Assembly (NCBI GenBank): GCA_017301975.1
Contig: JAFLEI010000016.1
Coordinates: 58,349-122,348 of the forward strand
Source: Verrucomicrobiota bacterium
GTDB lineage: Bacteria; Verrucomicrobiota; Verrucomicrobiia; Verrucomicrobiales; Verrucomicrobiaceae
Direction: 5' to 3'
Length of the DNA: 64,000 nt
In this document: piece by piece, positions 25,026-34,868 of the stretch
How the letters are laid out: each line of letters opens with the position of its first letter
How positions within the stretch are numbered: the first letter of the stretch is position 1
Made by a program: the position numbers and the translations under genes
Notes under the pieces: model-generated
Told to the model about the DNA's origin: nothing
The model's database searches: none
What the model saw: only the letters and a program-made list of their open reading frames with translations

Positions 25026-28000
25026 ATGAAACGCGTAAATGCAAGCTTTCAACTGAGGGGGCGGCGTATCAGGCCCGGCCTTAGGGGTTTGTGTGTCCTG
25101 CTTCTGCTGGGTGTCGGGAATCTCGTAAAAGCGGATAGCGTCAGCCATGCCGAGGCGGATGCCCTGATGGCCGAGGCCGCACGGCTTGCGCCTGCTGCGG
25201 AGGCGGTGGTGATGAGCATCGGCGCTGTTTCCCCGGCGGAATACGTCACGAAGGGAAACTGGAGCGCTGTCATCCCCTGGACGCCGCACATTCCTACATC
25301 GGCCGCCATGCTGCCGGATGGCCGATTGCTGACGTTTGCGTCCAATCAGCGCACCACCTTTCCAGACGGGCCGCAGTTTACCTACGCAGCCGTGTGGGAT
25401 CCGGCCACGGGACTCTTTACCGAGATCAACAACGGGCGGCATGACATGTTCTGCGGCGGGCTTTCGTTTTTGCAGGATGGCCGGCTGCTGGTGAATGGTG
25501 GCAACGGCATCAATGGCACGACGGCGTTTGCCAGCTTGTTTGACTGGCGCACGAATGAGTGGGTGCCCGCACAAACGATGGCGGATGGCCGCTGGTACAA
25601 TACGAGCATCGCTTTGCCCAACGGCGAGGTGCTCACCGCAGGCGGCAACGGCGGCGCGAATGGCAACGGCACCATCGAGCAATGGAATGCCAGCTCCGGC
25701 TGGCGGCGCATGAGCGGCATTTCATGGCAAACGGTGGCGAATCCACCCATCGCGAATGCGATTGAAACGAACTGGCATCCCTTCTTCCTCGTGGCCCCGG
25801 ATGGCCGTGTGGCGCACTTCGGCCCGCATCAGGCGCTGAACTGGATCACCGCCAGCGGCACCGGCGCGATGACTGCGGCAGGAGTCAGCATTCCCGGCAC
25901 GCATTATCCGAAGCAGGGCGCATGGGCCATGTATGCACCGGGCAAGGTGGTGGTGGCTGGTGGATTGACGGCCATTGATGACGGGGTGGTGGTGAACAAA
26001 GCCTTCACCGTGGATCTCAATGGCGCCACACCCGTGGTGGCCCCCACCGCGCCGATGGCGAATGCGCGCTCCTTTTCAAACTCCGTCATGCTGCCAAACG
26101 GCGAAGTGATGGTGGTGGGTGGCAACACCTCCGGGCAGTTCTTCAGTGACCTGGGCGCCGTGTTCACTCCGGAAATCTGGAATCCCACGACGGGGCAATG
26201 GCGTGGTGTGGCGGACATGTCTGTGCCGCGCAATTACCATTCACTCGCGATGCTGCTGCCCGATGGCCGCGTGTGGTCGGGCGGCGGCGGCTTGTCGGGC
26301 GATGCGCTGACGGATCATCAGGATGCACAGGTTTTCACACCGCCGCAGTTGTTCAATGTGGACGGCACACCCGCTGTGCGTCCCGTCATTACGGCAGCAC
26401 CTGATCGCATCGGTCCCGCATCCATCTTCACCGTGAACGCCAGCAACGGCGTACAGTACTTCAGTGCCGTCAGCATGTCTGCGCAGACGCATTCGGTGGA
26501 CACCGGGCTGCGCCATGTGCGCTTCACGCATACGAACCCATCACCAGGCGTGTATGCGGTCACAGCACCCCCGAGCATCAATGTGCTCACTCCGGGCTAT
26601 TGGATGATGTTTGCGGTGGATGCGAACGGCGTGTGGTCCGTGTCGCGCATCATTCAGGTCACGAACTCCACGCTGCCGGTGGTGACGAATCCCGGCCAGC
26701 AGAGCGTGACGCAAAACAGCGTGGTCTCGCTGCCCATCAGCGCCAGCGCCACGGGTGGTACGCTGAGCTATACCGCCAGCGGATTGCCCACGGGACTCGC
26801 CATCGATGCCAGCACCGGCTTGATCTCCGGCTCCGTGACCGCCACACCGGGAACCTACCGCAGCACCATTCTGGTGAGCGCCGCAGGGCAGGTGGCTTCC
26901 GTTTCCTTCAACTGGATCGTGCTGCTGCCCAATCTCGGCAGCGGCCAGATCATGCGTGAGTACTGGACGAACATCAACGGCGCCACGGTGGCCAGCCTGA
27001 CCGGCAACACCGTCTTTCCTGCGAATCCGAATGGCCGCGATCTGCAGCCGTCCTTTGATTCACCTCAAAACTGGGATGACAGCACCGGCCAGCGACTGCG
27101 CGGCTTTCTCTACGTGCCTGTCACCGGCCAGTATCAGTTCTTCATCTCCAGCGATGATGAATCGAGTCTGAAGCTGAGCACCGATGCGAATCCCGCCAAC
27201 GCCGTGGAGATCGCCAGCCAGCCCGGCTACACACCACCTCAAACCTGGACGTGGTATCCGCAGCAGACCTCCGCTCTGATCACCCTGCAGGCCGGCCAAC
27301 GCTACTACATCGAAGCCTTGATGAAGGATGGTACGGGGGACGATCACCTCTCCGTCGGCTGGAAGAAACCGGGAGACGCAGCGGTCTCCATCATCGCGGG
27401 CACCTATCTCTCGCCTTATCTCCCCATCGAAAATCCGGTGGTCGCTTGGAACTTCGATGAAGCGAGCTGGAACGGCACAGCGGGCGAAGTGAAATCCACC
27501 GCCTCAGGTTTGGTGGCCATCAATGGCACGGCAAGTGGCGGAGCGAACACGACGAGCGACAATCCCGCGCTCAGCGGCAATCCTGGCACAGGCAGCAGCG
27601 CGTTGTTCAATGGCACCACTCAAAGCGTTGTGATGCCTTACAGTGCATCGCTCAATCCGAACGACTTCACCATCGCCGCCTGGGTGCGCAGTGATGCGGC
27701 TCTGGGCACAGCGCGCTGCGTCCTCACTTCGCGGGATGAATCCACCGCCACCAAGAAAGGCTACGGCCTGTGGGTGACTACGGATGGTTTTTGGCAGCTT
27801 CGCACGGGCGCGGATGCATCGGCATTGAAAGGCGGCGCCGTCACCGTGGGGCAGTGGACGCATGTGGCGGCCACCTTCCGCACGACGACTGCTGTCGGTT
27901 CATTATTGACTGGCGTGCGCCGCCTTTACATCAATGGCATTCTCGTCAACGAAGACACCGGCACCTACGTGCCAAACGCTTCCAAACCCTTCATCGTGGG

Positions 28001-31000
28001 CGCAGCCGACAGCCCCGGCACGGCCTTCTTTGCAGGTGCGGTGGATGAAGTCACGCTGCATCAGGCCCCCTTGTCCCAGCCCGACATCCTTGCGCTGCGC
28101 GATCTGCGCCACGCCACCAGTATCGTGCCGCAGAATCTCTCGCCACAGATCACAAACCCGGGTGCGCAAGCTTCGCTCATCGGCGCGGTGGTGTCCTTGC
28201 CCGTCACGGCGAATGATCCAGAGAACGATCCCATCACCTTCAGCGCCACGGGGTTGCCCACCGGACTTTCGATCTCGCCGGGTTCCGGAGTCATCTCGGG
28301 TTCTGTGACGGTGGCTGGCACGTTTAATGCCACCGTTATGGCCAGCGATGGCATCAGCGCACCTGCCACCGCCGCCTTCGCCTGGAACGTCTCCGCAGGG
28401 CTCACGCTGCAGCCACTGGCCGCCGCACCGAAAGCCACAGGCTCTGCGCTCACCTTCACCGCGCAATCCGCGAACGGCATCAATACGCGCTACAAATGGA
28501 ACTTTGGCGATGGCACGCCTGAGACCGCATGGCTCACGACCACGAGCATCGCGCACACCTACGCCGGACCGGGCCGCTATCTGGTGACTCTCACCGCCAC
28601 CGATGACACCGGCATCACGATCACCAGTACCTTCTATCAGGCGGTGTATGCCGCACTCACCACACGCAAGCCCGCCGCCTCCAGCAGCATCGTCTATGAG
28701 CATCCAGCCACCGGCAATGACCGCGTCTGGTGTGTGAATCCGGACAACAACAGCGTCACCGCCTTTGATGTGGTGACGCGTGCACGCTATGCCGAGATCA
28801 CCGTGGGCACCGCTCCACGCAGCCTGGCGCTGGCACCGGACGGCAGGCTGTGGGTGACGAATGTGGAGACGGGAACGATCAGCATCATCAACACCACGAC
28901 TCGTGCAGTCGCCGCCACGGTGACGCTTGCCTATGGATCACGTCCGTTCGGCATCGTCTTTGATCCTGCGGGCACGGCCGCATGGGTGACTCTGGAAAGC
29001 TCTGGGCGCGTGCTGAAGCTGAACCCCAGCACCGGAGCCCAACTCGCTTCGATCGATGCCGGCGGCCCTGTGCGGCATCTCTCCATTTCCGCCGACAGCG
29101 CACGCGTGTATGCCTCACGCTTCATCACGCCACGCGTGGCCGGTGAAAACACCGCCACACCGATGCTCACGGGCGCAGGTGGTCAGGTGGTCGTCATCGG
29201 CACGGTGGCGCTTGCAGTGGAACGCACGATTTTGCTCAATCCCAGCACCGCTGCGGACACCTCCACTTCCGCACGTGGTCTGCCAAACTATCTTGGTGCT
29301 GCCGTCATCTCCCCCGACGGTCTCTCCGCCTGGGTGCCTTCAAAGCAGGACAATATCCAGCGTGGCATGCTGCGCGATGGCCAGCCTTTGAACCATGAAA
29401 ACAGCGTGCGTGCCATCGTCTCGCGCCTTGATCTCACTGCGCAGACGGAGCACCTGCCTTCACGCGTGGACATCGACAACGCGGGCATGCCCAGCGCCGC
29501 AGCGTTTGATCCGTATGGCATCTACGTCTTCACCGCGCTCGAAGCCAGCCGCGAGGTCGCGATTCTCGATGCGTGGTCACATCAAGAAATCACCCGCTTT
29601 CCCGCAGGCCGCGCACCGCAGGGCGTCGTCACCTCGCCGGATGGCAGCACGCTGTATGTGCAGAACTTCATGGATCGCACGATCACCGTGCACGATGTCA
29701 GTGGCATCACTCAGGGCGGCAACATCGCGCCAGTAACCACGGCCACGCTCAATGCCGTCACCACGGAAAAACTCACCGCCCAGGTGCTGAAGGGGAAACA
29801 GCTCTTCTACGATGCGCAGGACCCGCGCCTCGCGCTGCAGCAGTACATCAGCTGCGCCGTCTGCCACAACGATGCCGGACACGATGGCCGCGTGTGGGAT
29901 CTCACCGGCTTCGGTGAAGGCCTGCGCAACACCATCACGCTGAAAGGCCACGCCACTCACGGCATGCTGCACTGGACCGGCAACTTCGATGAAGTGCAGG
30001 ATTTCGAAGGGCAGATCCGTGCCCTGGCCGGCGGCACCGGACTCATGACAGACACGCAGCTCAACACCGGCACGCGCAACCAGCCGCTCGGCGATGCGAA
30101 GGCGGGAGTGAGCGCCGATCTCGATGCGCTGGCCGCGTATGTAAAATCCCTCACCGTCAACGGCAACAGCCCGAGCCGCACCAGCAGCGGCGCACTGACC
30201 ACGGCAGCCACAGCGGGGCAACAGGTCTTCCGCTCGCAAAACTGCGCCTCCTGCCACAGCGGGGTGAACTTCACCAACAGCGCGCTCAATGTCTTTGCCA
30301 ATATCGGCACCATCAAACCCGCCAGCGGCAAACGCCTCGGCGCGGCGCTCACCGGTCTGGATGTGCCCACGCTGCGCGGGAGCTGGGCCACGGGGCCGTA
30401 TTTGCACGATGGCTCTGCGGCCACGCTTTCCGACGCCATCACCGCGCACAGCGGCGTGACGCTGACGGCCACGGACTTGTCCAACCTCGCTGCGTTTGTC
30501 GCCAGCATTGACGATGCCCCCACCACGGCACCTTTGCCATTCACCGTCGCACTCACCACCGCCGCCACGAATGTGACCACCTCATTCAACGTCACGGTGG
30601 CCTTCAGTTCCTCGGCCTCAGGTTTCACGCTCAGCGATGTCGTCGTCACGAATGGCGTTGCCTCCACCTTCAGCGGCAGCGGCGCGAGTTATACCTTCAG
30701 GGTCACCCCCACCGCTGCAGGTTTGGTCACCGTCAGTGTTCCAGCCAGTGCGGCCACAGACAGCACGAGCCTGGGCAACTCCGTCTCCAATCTGCTCAGC
30801 GTGACTTATACGGACACCACGCCGCCGACAGTCGCGCTCACCACTCCGGCCACCACCGTTGCCACGCCCTTTGTCGTCACCGCCACCTTCAGTGAAAACG
30901 TCACCGGCCTGCTCGCTGCCGAATTCGCCGTCACCAATGGCAGCGTCACCGCCTTGTCATCCGCTGGTATGGTGTGGTCTGCCACCGTCACACCCACCGC

Positions 31001-34000
31001 TGCAGGAGCCGTGACTGTGAGGCTTCCCGCAGGCATGGCGCAGGATGCCTCGGGCAATCCGAACACGATTTCCAACTTGCTGACGGTCACCTACGCTCCG
31101 GTCATCGTGGGGCAGACCGTGAGAATCCAGGCGGAGGATTTTGACGAAGGCGGGGAAGGGGTGGCCTATCACGATGCTGAAACCATCAACATCGGCGAGG
31201 TTGTTTCCGGCCTGCATTACCGCACCACCGGAGTCGACATCGAACCTTCCAAAGACACGGATGGCACGCCCTCCATCGGCTGGATCACGCCTGGCGAATG
31301 GCTGCGCTACACCACCATTCTCCCATCAGGGAGCTACAACTTCAGCGTGCGCGTGGCCACATCCTATGCAGGTCCGGTTCCGGTCCGCGTGCTGATCAAC
31401 GGCACTCTCGCCACGACGATCAATGTCACCGATACGGGGGGCTTTTATTCCTGGAAAACCTTCTCCGCCACAGGACTCACCCTGCCTGCGTCTGCCGTCG
31501 TTCGCATCGAGTTTCCAAACGGCAATCTCAACTTCAACTGGATGGAGTTCGTCAACACCAGCAGCCCGCCCGACACCACGCCACCAGCGGTCACACTCGC
31601 CACGGGTTCCGCCAGTGTGTCTGCGCCATTCACCGTGAGCGCCGCCTTCAGTGAAGCCGTCACCGGAGTCGCGTTGACTGATTTCACAGTCACCAATGGC
31701 GTGGCTTCAGCGTTGAGCGGCAGTGGTGCAACCTACAGCGTCACCGTCACACCCACAGCCAATGGAGCTGTGACCGTGGCCATGCCCGCGGGTGCTGCTG
31801 CAGACGCCGCCAACAATGCGAGCCTCGCGTCAAACACCCTGAGCGTGACCTACACCGCGCCCGTGCCTGCGCCTACGATTCAGCTCAGCACTGCCTCGTC
31901 GAATGTAACAGGTCCCTTCACGGTGAACGCAGTCTTCAGTCAATCCGTCACCGGCGTGGCTTTGAATGATTTCATCATCACCAATGGGGCGGCCTCAGCT
32001 CTCAGCGGCAGCGGCGCCACCTACAGCATTCTTGTCACACCCACGGCGGCTGGAGCCGTCACCGTCAGTGTGCCCGCCAATGCTGCCACCAACGCCACGG
32101 GCGGAGCCAACACGGCTTCGAATCTGCTCACCGCCACTTACACACCTCTGGACACCACGCCGCCTTCAGTCGCGCTAACAACTCCGGCCAGCAGCGTCAC
32201 CGCGCCGTTTGTGGTCACGGCCACTTTCAGTGAATCCGTCACCGGAGTCGCCTTGAATGACTTCACGCTCACCAATGGCGTTGCTTCCGCTTTGAGCGGC
32301 AGCGGCACGACCTACAGTGTCACCATCACACCCGCAGCCAATGGCGCTGTGACCGTGGCACTGCCTGTCGGCGCGGCCTTTGACGCCGCCAGCAATGCGA
32401 GCCTGGCTTCCAACACCCTCAGCGTGACCTACACCGCGCCCCTGCCTGCGCCCACGGTGTTGCTCAGCACCGCCTCGTCCAATGTGACGGGTGCCTTCAC
32501 GGTCAATGCCGTTTTCAGTCAATCCGTCACCGGCGTCGCATTGAATGATTTCACCATCACCAATGGTGCGGCCTCCGCACTGAGCGGCAGCGGTGCCACC
32601 TACAGCATTCTGGTCACTCCTGCGGCGGCTGGAGCCGTCACTGTCAGAGTGCCTGCCAATGCGGCCACCAACGCCACGGGCGGAGCCAACACGGCTTCGA
32701 ATCTGCTCACCACCACTTATACGCCTCTGGACACCACGCCGCCTTCAGTCGCGCTGACCACTCCGGTCAGCAGCGTCACCGGGCCGTTTGTCGTCAATGC
32801 CACGTTCAGCGAGAGCGTCACTGGTCTGCTCGCTTCCGAGTTCACCGTTACCAACGGCACAGTCACTGCCTTGTCCTCCGCCGGGGCTGCATGGGCAGCC
32901 ACGGTCACGCCCACGGCAGCGGGCAATGTCACCGTCAGAATCCCCGCAGGCGTGGCGCAGGATGCCGCTGGCAATCCGAACACAGTGTCCAATCTCATCA
33001 CTGTGAGCTACACACCTGTGGTCAACACCAACGGCCTCACCGGAGACTACTACATCGGTAAAAACTTCGAGCAGTTCAGCTTCACGCGCATGGAGTCCAC
33101 GGTCAATTACACCTGGGGCACCGGCAGTCCAGATCCACGCATTCCTGCCGATGGCTACAGCGTGCGCTGGCATGGATACCTCATTCCTCGCTTCACCCGG
33201 ACCTACACCATCATCCCTGTCACCGATGACGGCGTGCGTCTCTGGGTCAATGGCCAGCAGGTCGTCAATGATTGGAATAATCACGGCGACACCTGGAACA
33301 ACGGCGTCATCGCTCTGCAGGCCGGCGTGGCCGTCCCTGTCGTCATGGAGTACTACGAAAGCACTGGCGGCGCCACCGCCCGGCTGCTCTGGGAATGCCC
33401 CGGCCAGACGCGCGAGGTGATCCCGCAAAGCCAGTGGCTCGTCAATGCGCCTGCGGCTCCGGCGGCCTCGCCGAACACCATCGTGCTTGCCTCCATCATT
33501 CCCGGCACCATCGGTCTCCCTAACAACCTCGCCACGACCAACAGCGATGAAGACAGCGCTTCGGACCTTCTTGAAGTCGCGCTCGGCACCGCGCTCACCA
33601 GCGGCATCACCCGCCCCGGTGAAGGCTTGCAGTTGGTCACGCGCGGCAACAGCAGCGTCGATGCCACCCTGCTGCGCCCGTCAGGTCAGGGCACCTTCAC
33701 CTTCAGGCTCGAAAGCAGTGGCGATTTGATCAACTGGTCCCCGCTGGTGGCGGCACCGGCAGTCTTCGCTGAAGGCAATGGATGGGAGCGGGTGACGTGG
33801 CCGGATCTCCAGTCTCTCCCCGGGCAGAGCATTGAGCGTGGCATCATCCGTCTGCGCATCACTCAAACCAACGGCGGCAGCGCCACCAGTTTGCCGTTGG
33901 GCTGGCAGCAGACCACGCTCAATTCGGGCACCCAGACCTATGGCCTCAATCTCAACCATGAGGCGCTCTTCACCGGTTCGGTCAGCAGCGCCACCGCCGC

Positions 34001-34835
34001 CAGCGTCACGCTCAGCGAGCAGGCGTCCGTGGCCTCCGCCATGGATCCCGCGCAGCATTACTATCTTGAAATCATCAGCGGTCCTCAGGCCGGGCATCGC
34101 CTGGATCTGCAGAGCATCACCGGCGTCGCGTGCCTCGTGGCGGATGACTCCCTCCATACCACGCTCCCGGCTTCCGCAGTGGCCGGCTTGTCCGGCGCGC
34201 GTGTGATCCTGCGCCCGCACCGCACGCTGGGCGAGATTTTTAATCCCGCATTCTTTCAGGGTTCCTCCACTGCCACGGGCGCAGATCAGATCTTGTTTCA
34301 CACCGCATCGGATTACATCACTTACTGGCTCTATGAGCTTGGAGGCACCCGCAACTGGGTCTTGAACGGAGGCACCGCGGCCAGCATGAATGACACCCTC
34401 ATTCCACCTGGCACAGGCGTGATGCTTCAAATCGCCAGCGCCAGCCCCTCCGCATTGCTCAGCACCGGCAGTGTGCGCACCACTCCCTTCGCCCGCCCGC
34501 TGCAGGCTGGCTACAATCTCTTCGCCAATCCCTGGCCGCTCGACGCCACGCCTGCCCAGGCCGGGATGATCTCTTCCGCCTTTGTTGCCAGCACTTCGAT
34601 TTCCGCTTCCTCTCAATTGCAGCTTTGGAAAGGTGATGCCACGGGGGGGCTGAGCGGATATCTGGCCCACTGGCTCTTGCAGAGGTCAGGGCAGCCCGTT
34701 CCCGTCTGGATCTCTGCGAGCTCTGCCTCCATCATTTCTCAGAACAATGTCCCGCTGCTGCGCGCGGGTCGCGCCACCTTCATCAAAATGCCGCCTGCGG
34801 GCAGCCCGGTTGTATGGATCATTCCTCCGCCGTGA
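25026..34835 (+). CDS. Giant secreted multidomain protein (3,269 aa) combining a copper-radical oxidase, a beta-propeller, a di-haem cytochrome c peroxidase, lectin-like modules and Ig-like repeats
   Basis: ATG 25026 gives the signal peptide MKRVNASFQLRGRRIRPGLRGLCVLLLLGVGNLVKA. Approximate domain map in nt: 25250-26670 galactose/glyoxal-oxidase-like kelch propeller + DUF1929 (HDMFCGG, RWYNTS, NYHSLAMLLPDGRVWSGGGG, THSVD). 26680-26930 He_PIG/cadherin-like Ig. 26940-27420 PA14-like. 27430-28100 LamG/ConA-like. 28130-28400 He_PIG. 28400-28650 PKD (WNFGDG). 28660-29760 YVTN/YncE-type beta-propeller. 29770-30480 di-haem CCP/MauG-like (CAVCH 29853-29867, CASCH 30243-30257, VPTLRGSWATGPYLHDGS). 30520-31100 two Ig-like units. 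31100-31560 CBM6-like. 31560-33010 five Ig-like units. 33030-33440 PA14 (GLTGDYY...RLLWE). 33440-34832 unassigned C-terminal region. Confidence 0.9.
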   Translation: MKRVNASFQLRGRRIRPGLRGLCVLLLLGVGNLVKADSVSHAEADALMAEAARLAPAAEAVVMSIGAVSPAEYVTKGNWSAVIPWTPHIPTSAAMLPDGRLLTFASNQRTTFPDGPQFTYAAVWDPATGLFTEINNGRHDMFCGGLSFLQDGRLLVNGGNGINGTTAFASLFDWRTNEWVPAQTMADGRWYNTSIALPNGEVLTAGGNGGANGNGTIEQWNASSGWRRMSGISWQTVANPPIANAIETNWHPFFLVAPDGRVAHFGPHQALNWITASGTGAMTAAGVSIPGTHYPKQGAWAMYAPGKVVVAGGLTAIDDGVVVNKAFTVDLNGATPVVAPTAPMANARSFSNSVMLPNGEVMVVGGNTSGQFFSDLGAVFTPEIWNPTTGQWRGVADMSVPRNYHSLAMLLPDGRVWSGGGGLSGDALTDHQDAQVFTPPQLFNVDGTPAVRPVITAAPDRIGPASIFTVNASNGVQYFSAVSMSAQTHSVDTGLRHVRFTHTNPSPGVYAVTAPPSINVLTPGYWMMFAVDANGVWSVSRIIQVTNSTLPVVTNPGQQSVTQNSVVSLPISASATGGTLSYTASGLPTGLAIDASTGLISGSVTATPGTYRSTILVSAAGQVASVSFNWIVLLPNLGSGQIMREYWTNINGATVASLTGNTVFPANPNGRDLQPSFDSPQNWDDSTGQRLRGFLYVPVTGQYQFFISSDDESSLKLSTDANPANAVEIASQPGYTPPQTWTWYPQQTSALITLQAGQRYYIEALMKDGTGDDHLSVGWKKPGDAAVSIIAGTYLSPYLPIENPVVAWNFDEASWNGTAGEVKSTASGLVAINGTASGGANTTSDNPALSGNPGTGSSALFNGTTQSVVMPYSASLNPNDFTIAAWVRSDAALGTARCVLTSRDESTATKKGYGLWVTTDGFWQLRTGADASALKGGAVTVGQWTHVAATFRTTTAVGSLLTGVRRLYINGILVNEDTGTYVPNASKPFIVGAADSPGTAFFAGAVDEVTLHQAPLSQPDILALRDLRHATSIVPQNLSPQITNPGAQASLIGAVVSLPVTANDPENDPITFSATGLPTGLSISPGSGVISGSVTVAGTFNATVMASDGISAPATAAFAWNVSAGLTLQPLAAAPKATGSALTFTAQSANGINTRYKWNFGDGTPETAWLTTTSIAHTYAGPGRYLVTLTATDDTGITITSTFYQAVYAALTTRKPAASSSIVYEHPATGNDRVWCVNPDNNSVTAFDVVTRARYAEITVGTAPRSLALAPDGRLWVTNVETGTISIINTTTRAVAATVTLAYGSRPFGIVFDPAGTAAWVTLESSGRVLKLNPSTGAQLASIDAGGPVRHLSISADSARVYASRFITPRVAGENTATPMLTGAGGQVVVIGTVALAVERTILLNPSTAADTSTSARGLPNYLGAAVISPDGLSAWVPSKQDNIQRGMLRDGQPLNHENSVRAIVSRLDLTAQTEHLPSRVDIDNAGMPSAAAFDPYGIYVFTALEASREVAILDAWSHQEITRFPAGRAPQGVVTSPDGSTLYVQNFMDRTITVHDVSGITQGGNIAPVTTATLNAVTTEKLTAQVLKGKQLFYDAQDPRLALQQYISCAVCHNDAGHDGRVWDLTGFGEGLRNTITLKGHATHGMLHWTGNFDEVQDFEGQIRALAGGTGLMTDTQLNTGTRNQPLGDAKAGVSADLDALAAYVKSLTVNGNSPSRTSSGALTTAATAGQQVFRSQNCASCHSGVNFTNSALNVFANIGTIKPASGKRLGAALTGLDVPTLRGSWATGPYLHDGSAATLSDAITAHSGVTLTATDLSNLAAFVASIDDAPTTAPLPFTVALTTAATNVTTSFNVTVAFSSSASGFTLSDVVVTNGVASTFSGSGASYTFRVTPTAAGLVTVSVPASAATDSTSLGNSVSNLLSVTYTDTTPPTVALTTPATTVATPFVVTATFSENVTGLLAAEFAVTNGSVTALSSAGMVWSATVTPTAAGAVTVRLPAGMAQDASGNPNTISNLLTVTYAPVIVGQTVRIQAEDFDEGGEGVAYHDAETINIGEVVSGLHYRTTGVDIEPSKDTDGTPSIGWITPGEWLRYTTILPSGSYNFSVRVATSYAGPVPVRVLINGTLATTINVTDTGGFYSWKTFSATGLTLPASAVVRIEFPNGNLNFNWMEFVNTSSPPDTTPPAVTLATGSASVSAPFTVSAAFSEAVTGVALTDFTVTNGVASALSGSGATYSVTVTPTANGAVTVAMPAGAAADAANNASLASNTLSVTYTAPVPAPTIQLSTASSNVTGPFTVNAVFSQSVTGVALNDFIITNGAASALSGSGATYSILVTPTAAGAVTVSVPANAATNATGGANTASNLLTATYTPLDTTPPSVALTTPASSVTAPFVVTATFSESVTGVALNDFTLTNGVASALSGSGTTYSVTITPAANGAVTVALPVGAAFDAASNASLASNTLSVTYTAPLPAPTVLLSTASSNVTGAFTVNAVFSQSVTGVALNDFTITNGAASALSGSGATYSILVTPAAAGAVTVRVPANAATNATGGANTASNLLTTTYTPLDTTPPSVALTTPVSSVTGPFVVNATFSESVTGLLASEFTVTNGTVTALSSAGAAWAATVTPTAAGNVTVRIPAGVAQDAAGNPNTVSNLITVSYTPVVNTNGLTGDYYIGKNFEQFSFTRMESTVNYTWGTGSPDPRIPADGYSVRWHGYLIPRFTRTYTIIPVTDDGVRLWVNGQQVVNDWNNHGDTWNNGVIALQAGVAVPVVMEYYESTGGATARLLWECPGQTREVIPQSQWLVNAPAAPAASPNTIVLASIIPGTIGLPNNLATTNSDEDSASDLLEVALGTALTSGITRPGEGLQLVTRGNSSVDATLLRPSGQGTFTFRLESSGDLINWSPLVAAPAVFAEGNGWERVTWPDLQSLPGQSIERGIIRLRITQTNGGSATSLPLGWQQTTLNSGTQTYGLNLNHEALFTGSVSSATAASVTLSEQASVASAMDPAQHYYLEIISGPQAGHRLDLQSITGVACLVADDSLHTTLPASAVAGLSGARVILRPHRTLGEIFNPAFFQGSSTATGADQILFHTASDYITYWLYELGGTRNWVLNGGTAASMNDTLIPPGTGVMLQIASASPSALLSTGSVRTTPFARPLQAGYNLFANPWPLDATPAQAGMISSAFVASTSISASSQLQLWKGDATGGLSGYLAHWLLQRSGQPVPVWISASSASIISQNNVPLLRAGRATFIKMPPAGSPVVWIIPPP
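31572..32729 (+). repeat. Intragenic tandem duplication, 2 x 579 bp (two Ig-like units per copy)
   Basis: The landmark gacaccacgcc recurs at 31572, 32151 and 32730, an exact period of 579. B units are about 92% identical at the aa level (VPAPTIQLSTASSNVTGPFTVNAVFSQSVTGVALNDF... vs LPAPTVLLSTASSNVTGAFTVNAVFSQSVTGVALNDF...). A units are about 80% identical. Confidence 0.8.
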
Positions 34836-34868
34836 AACGGGGCGGGATCAGATGCTTGAGCACAGCAA

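Noticed and set aside
30520-33010. Regularly spaced repeats that might be mistaken for a CRISPR array or IS ends.
   Set aside because: The repeats are in frame within one long ORF and encode Ig-like domains with a 288-579 bp period. There is no short direct-repeat/spacer architecture.
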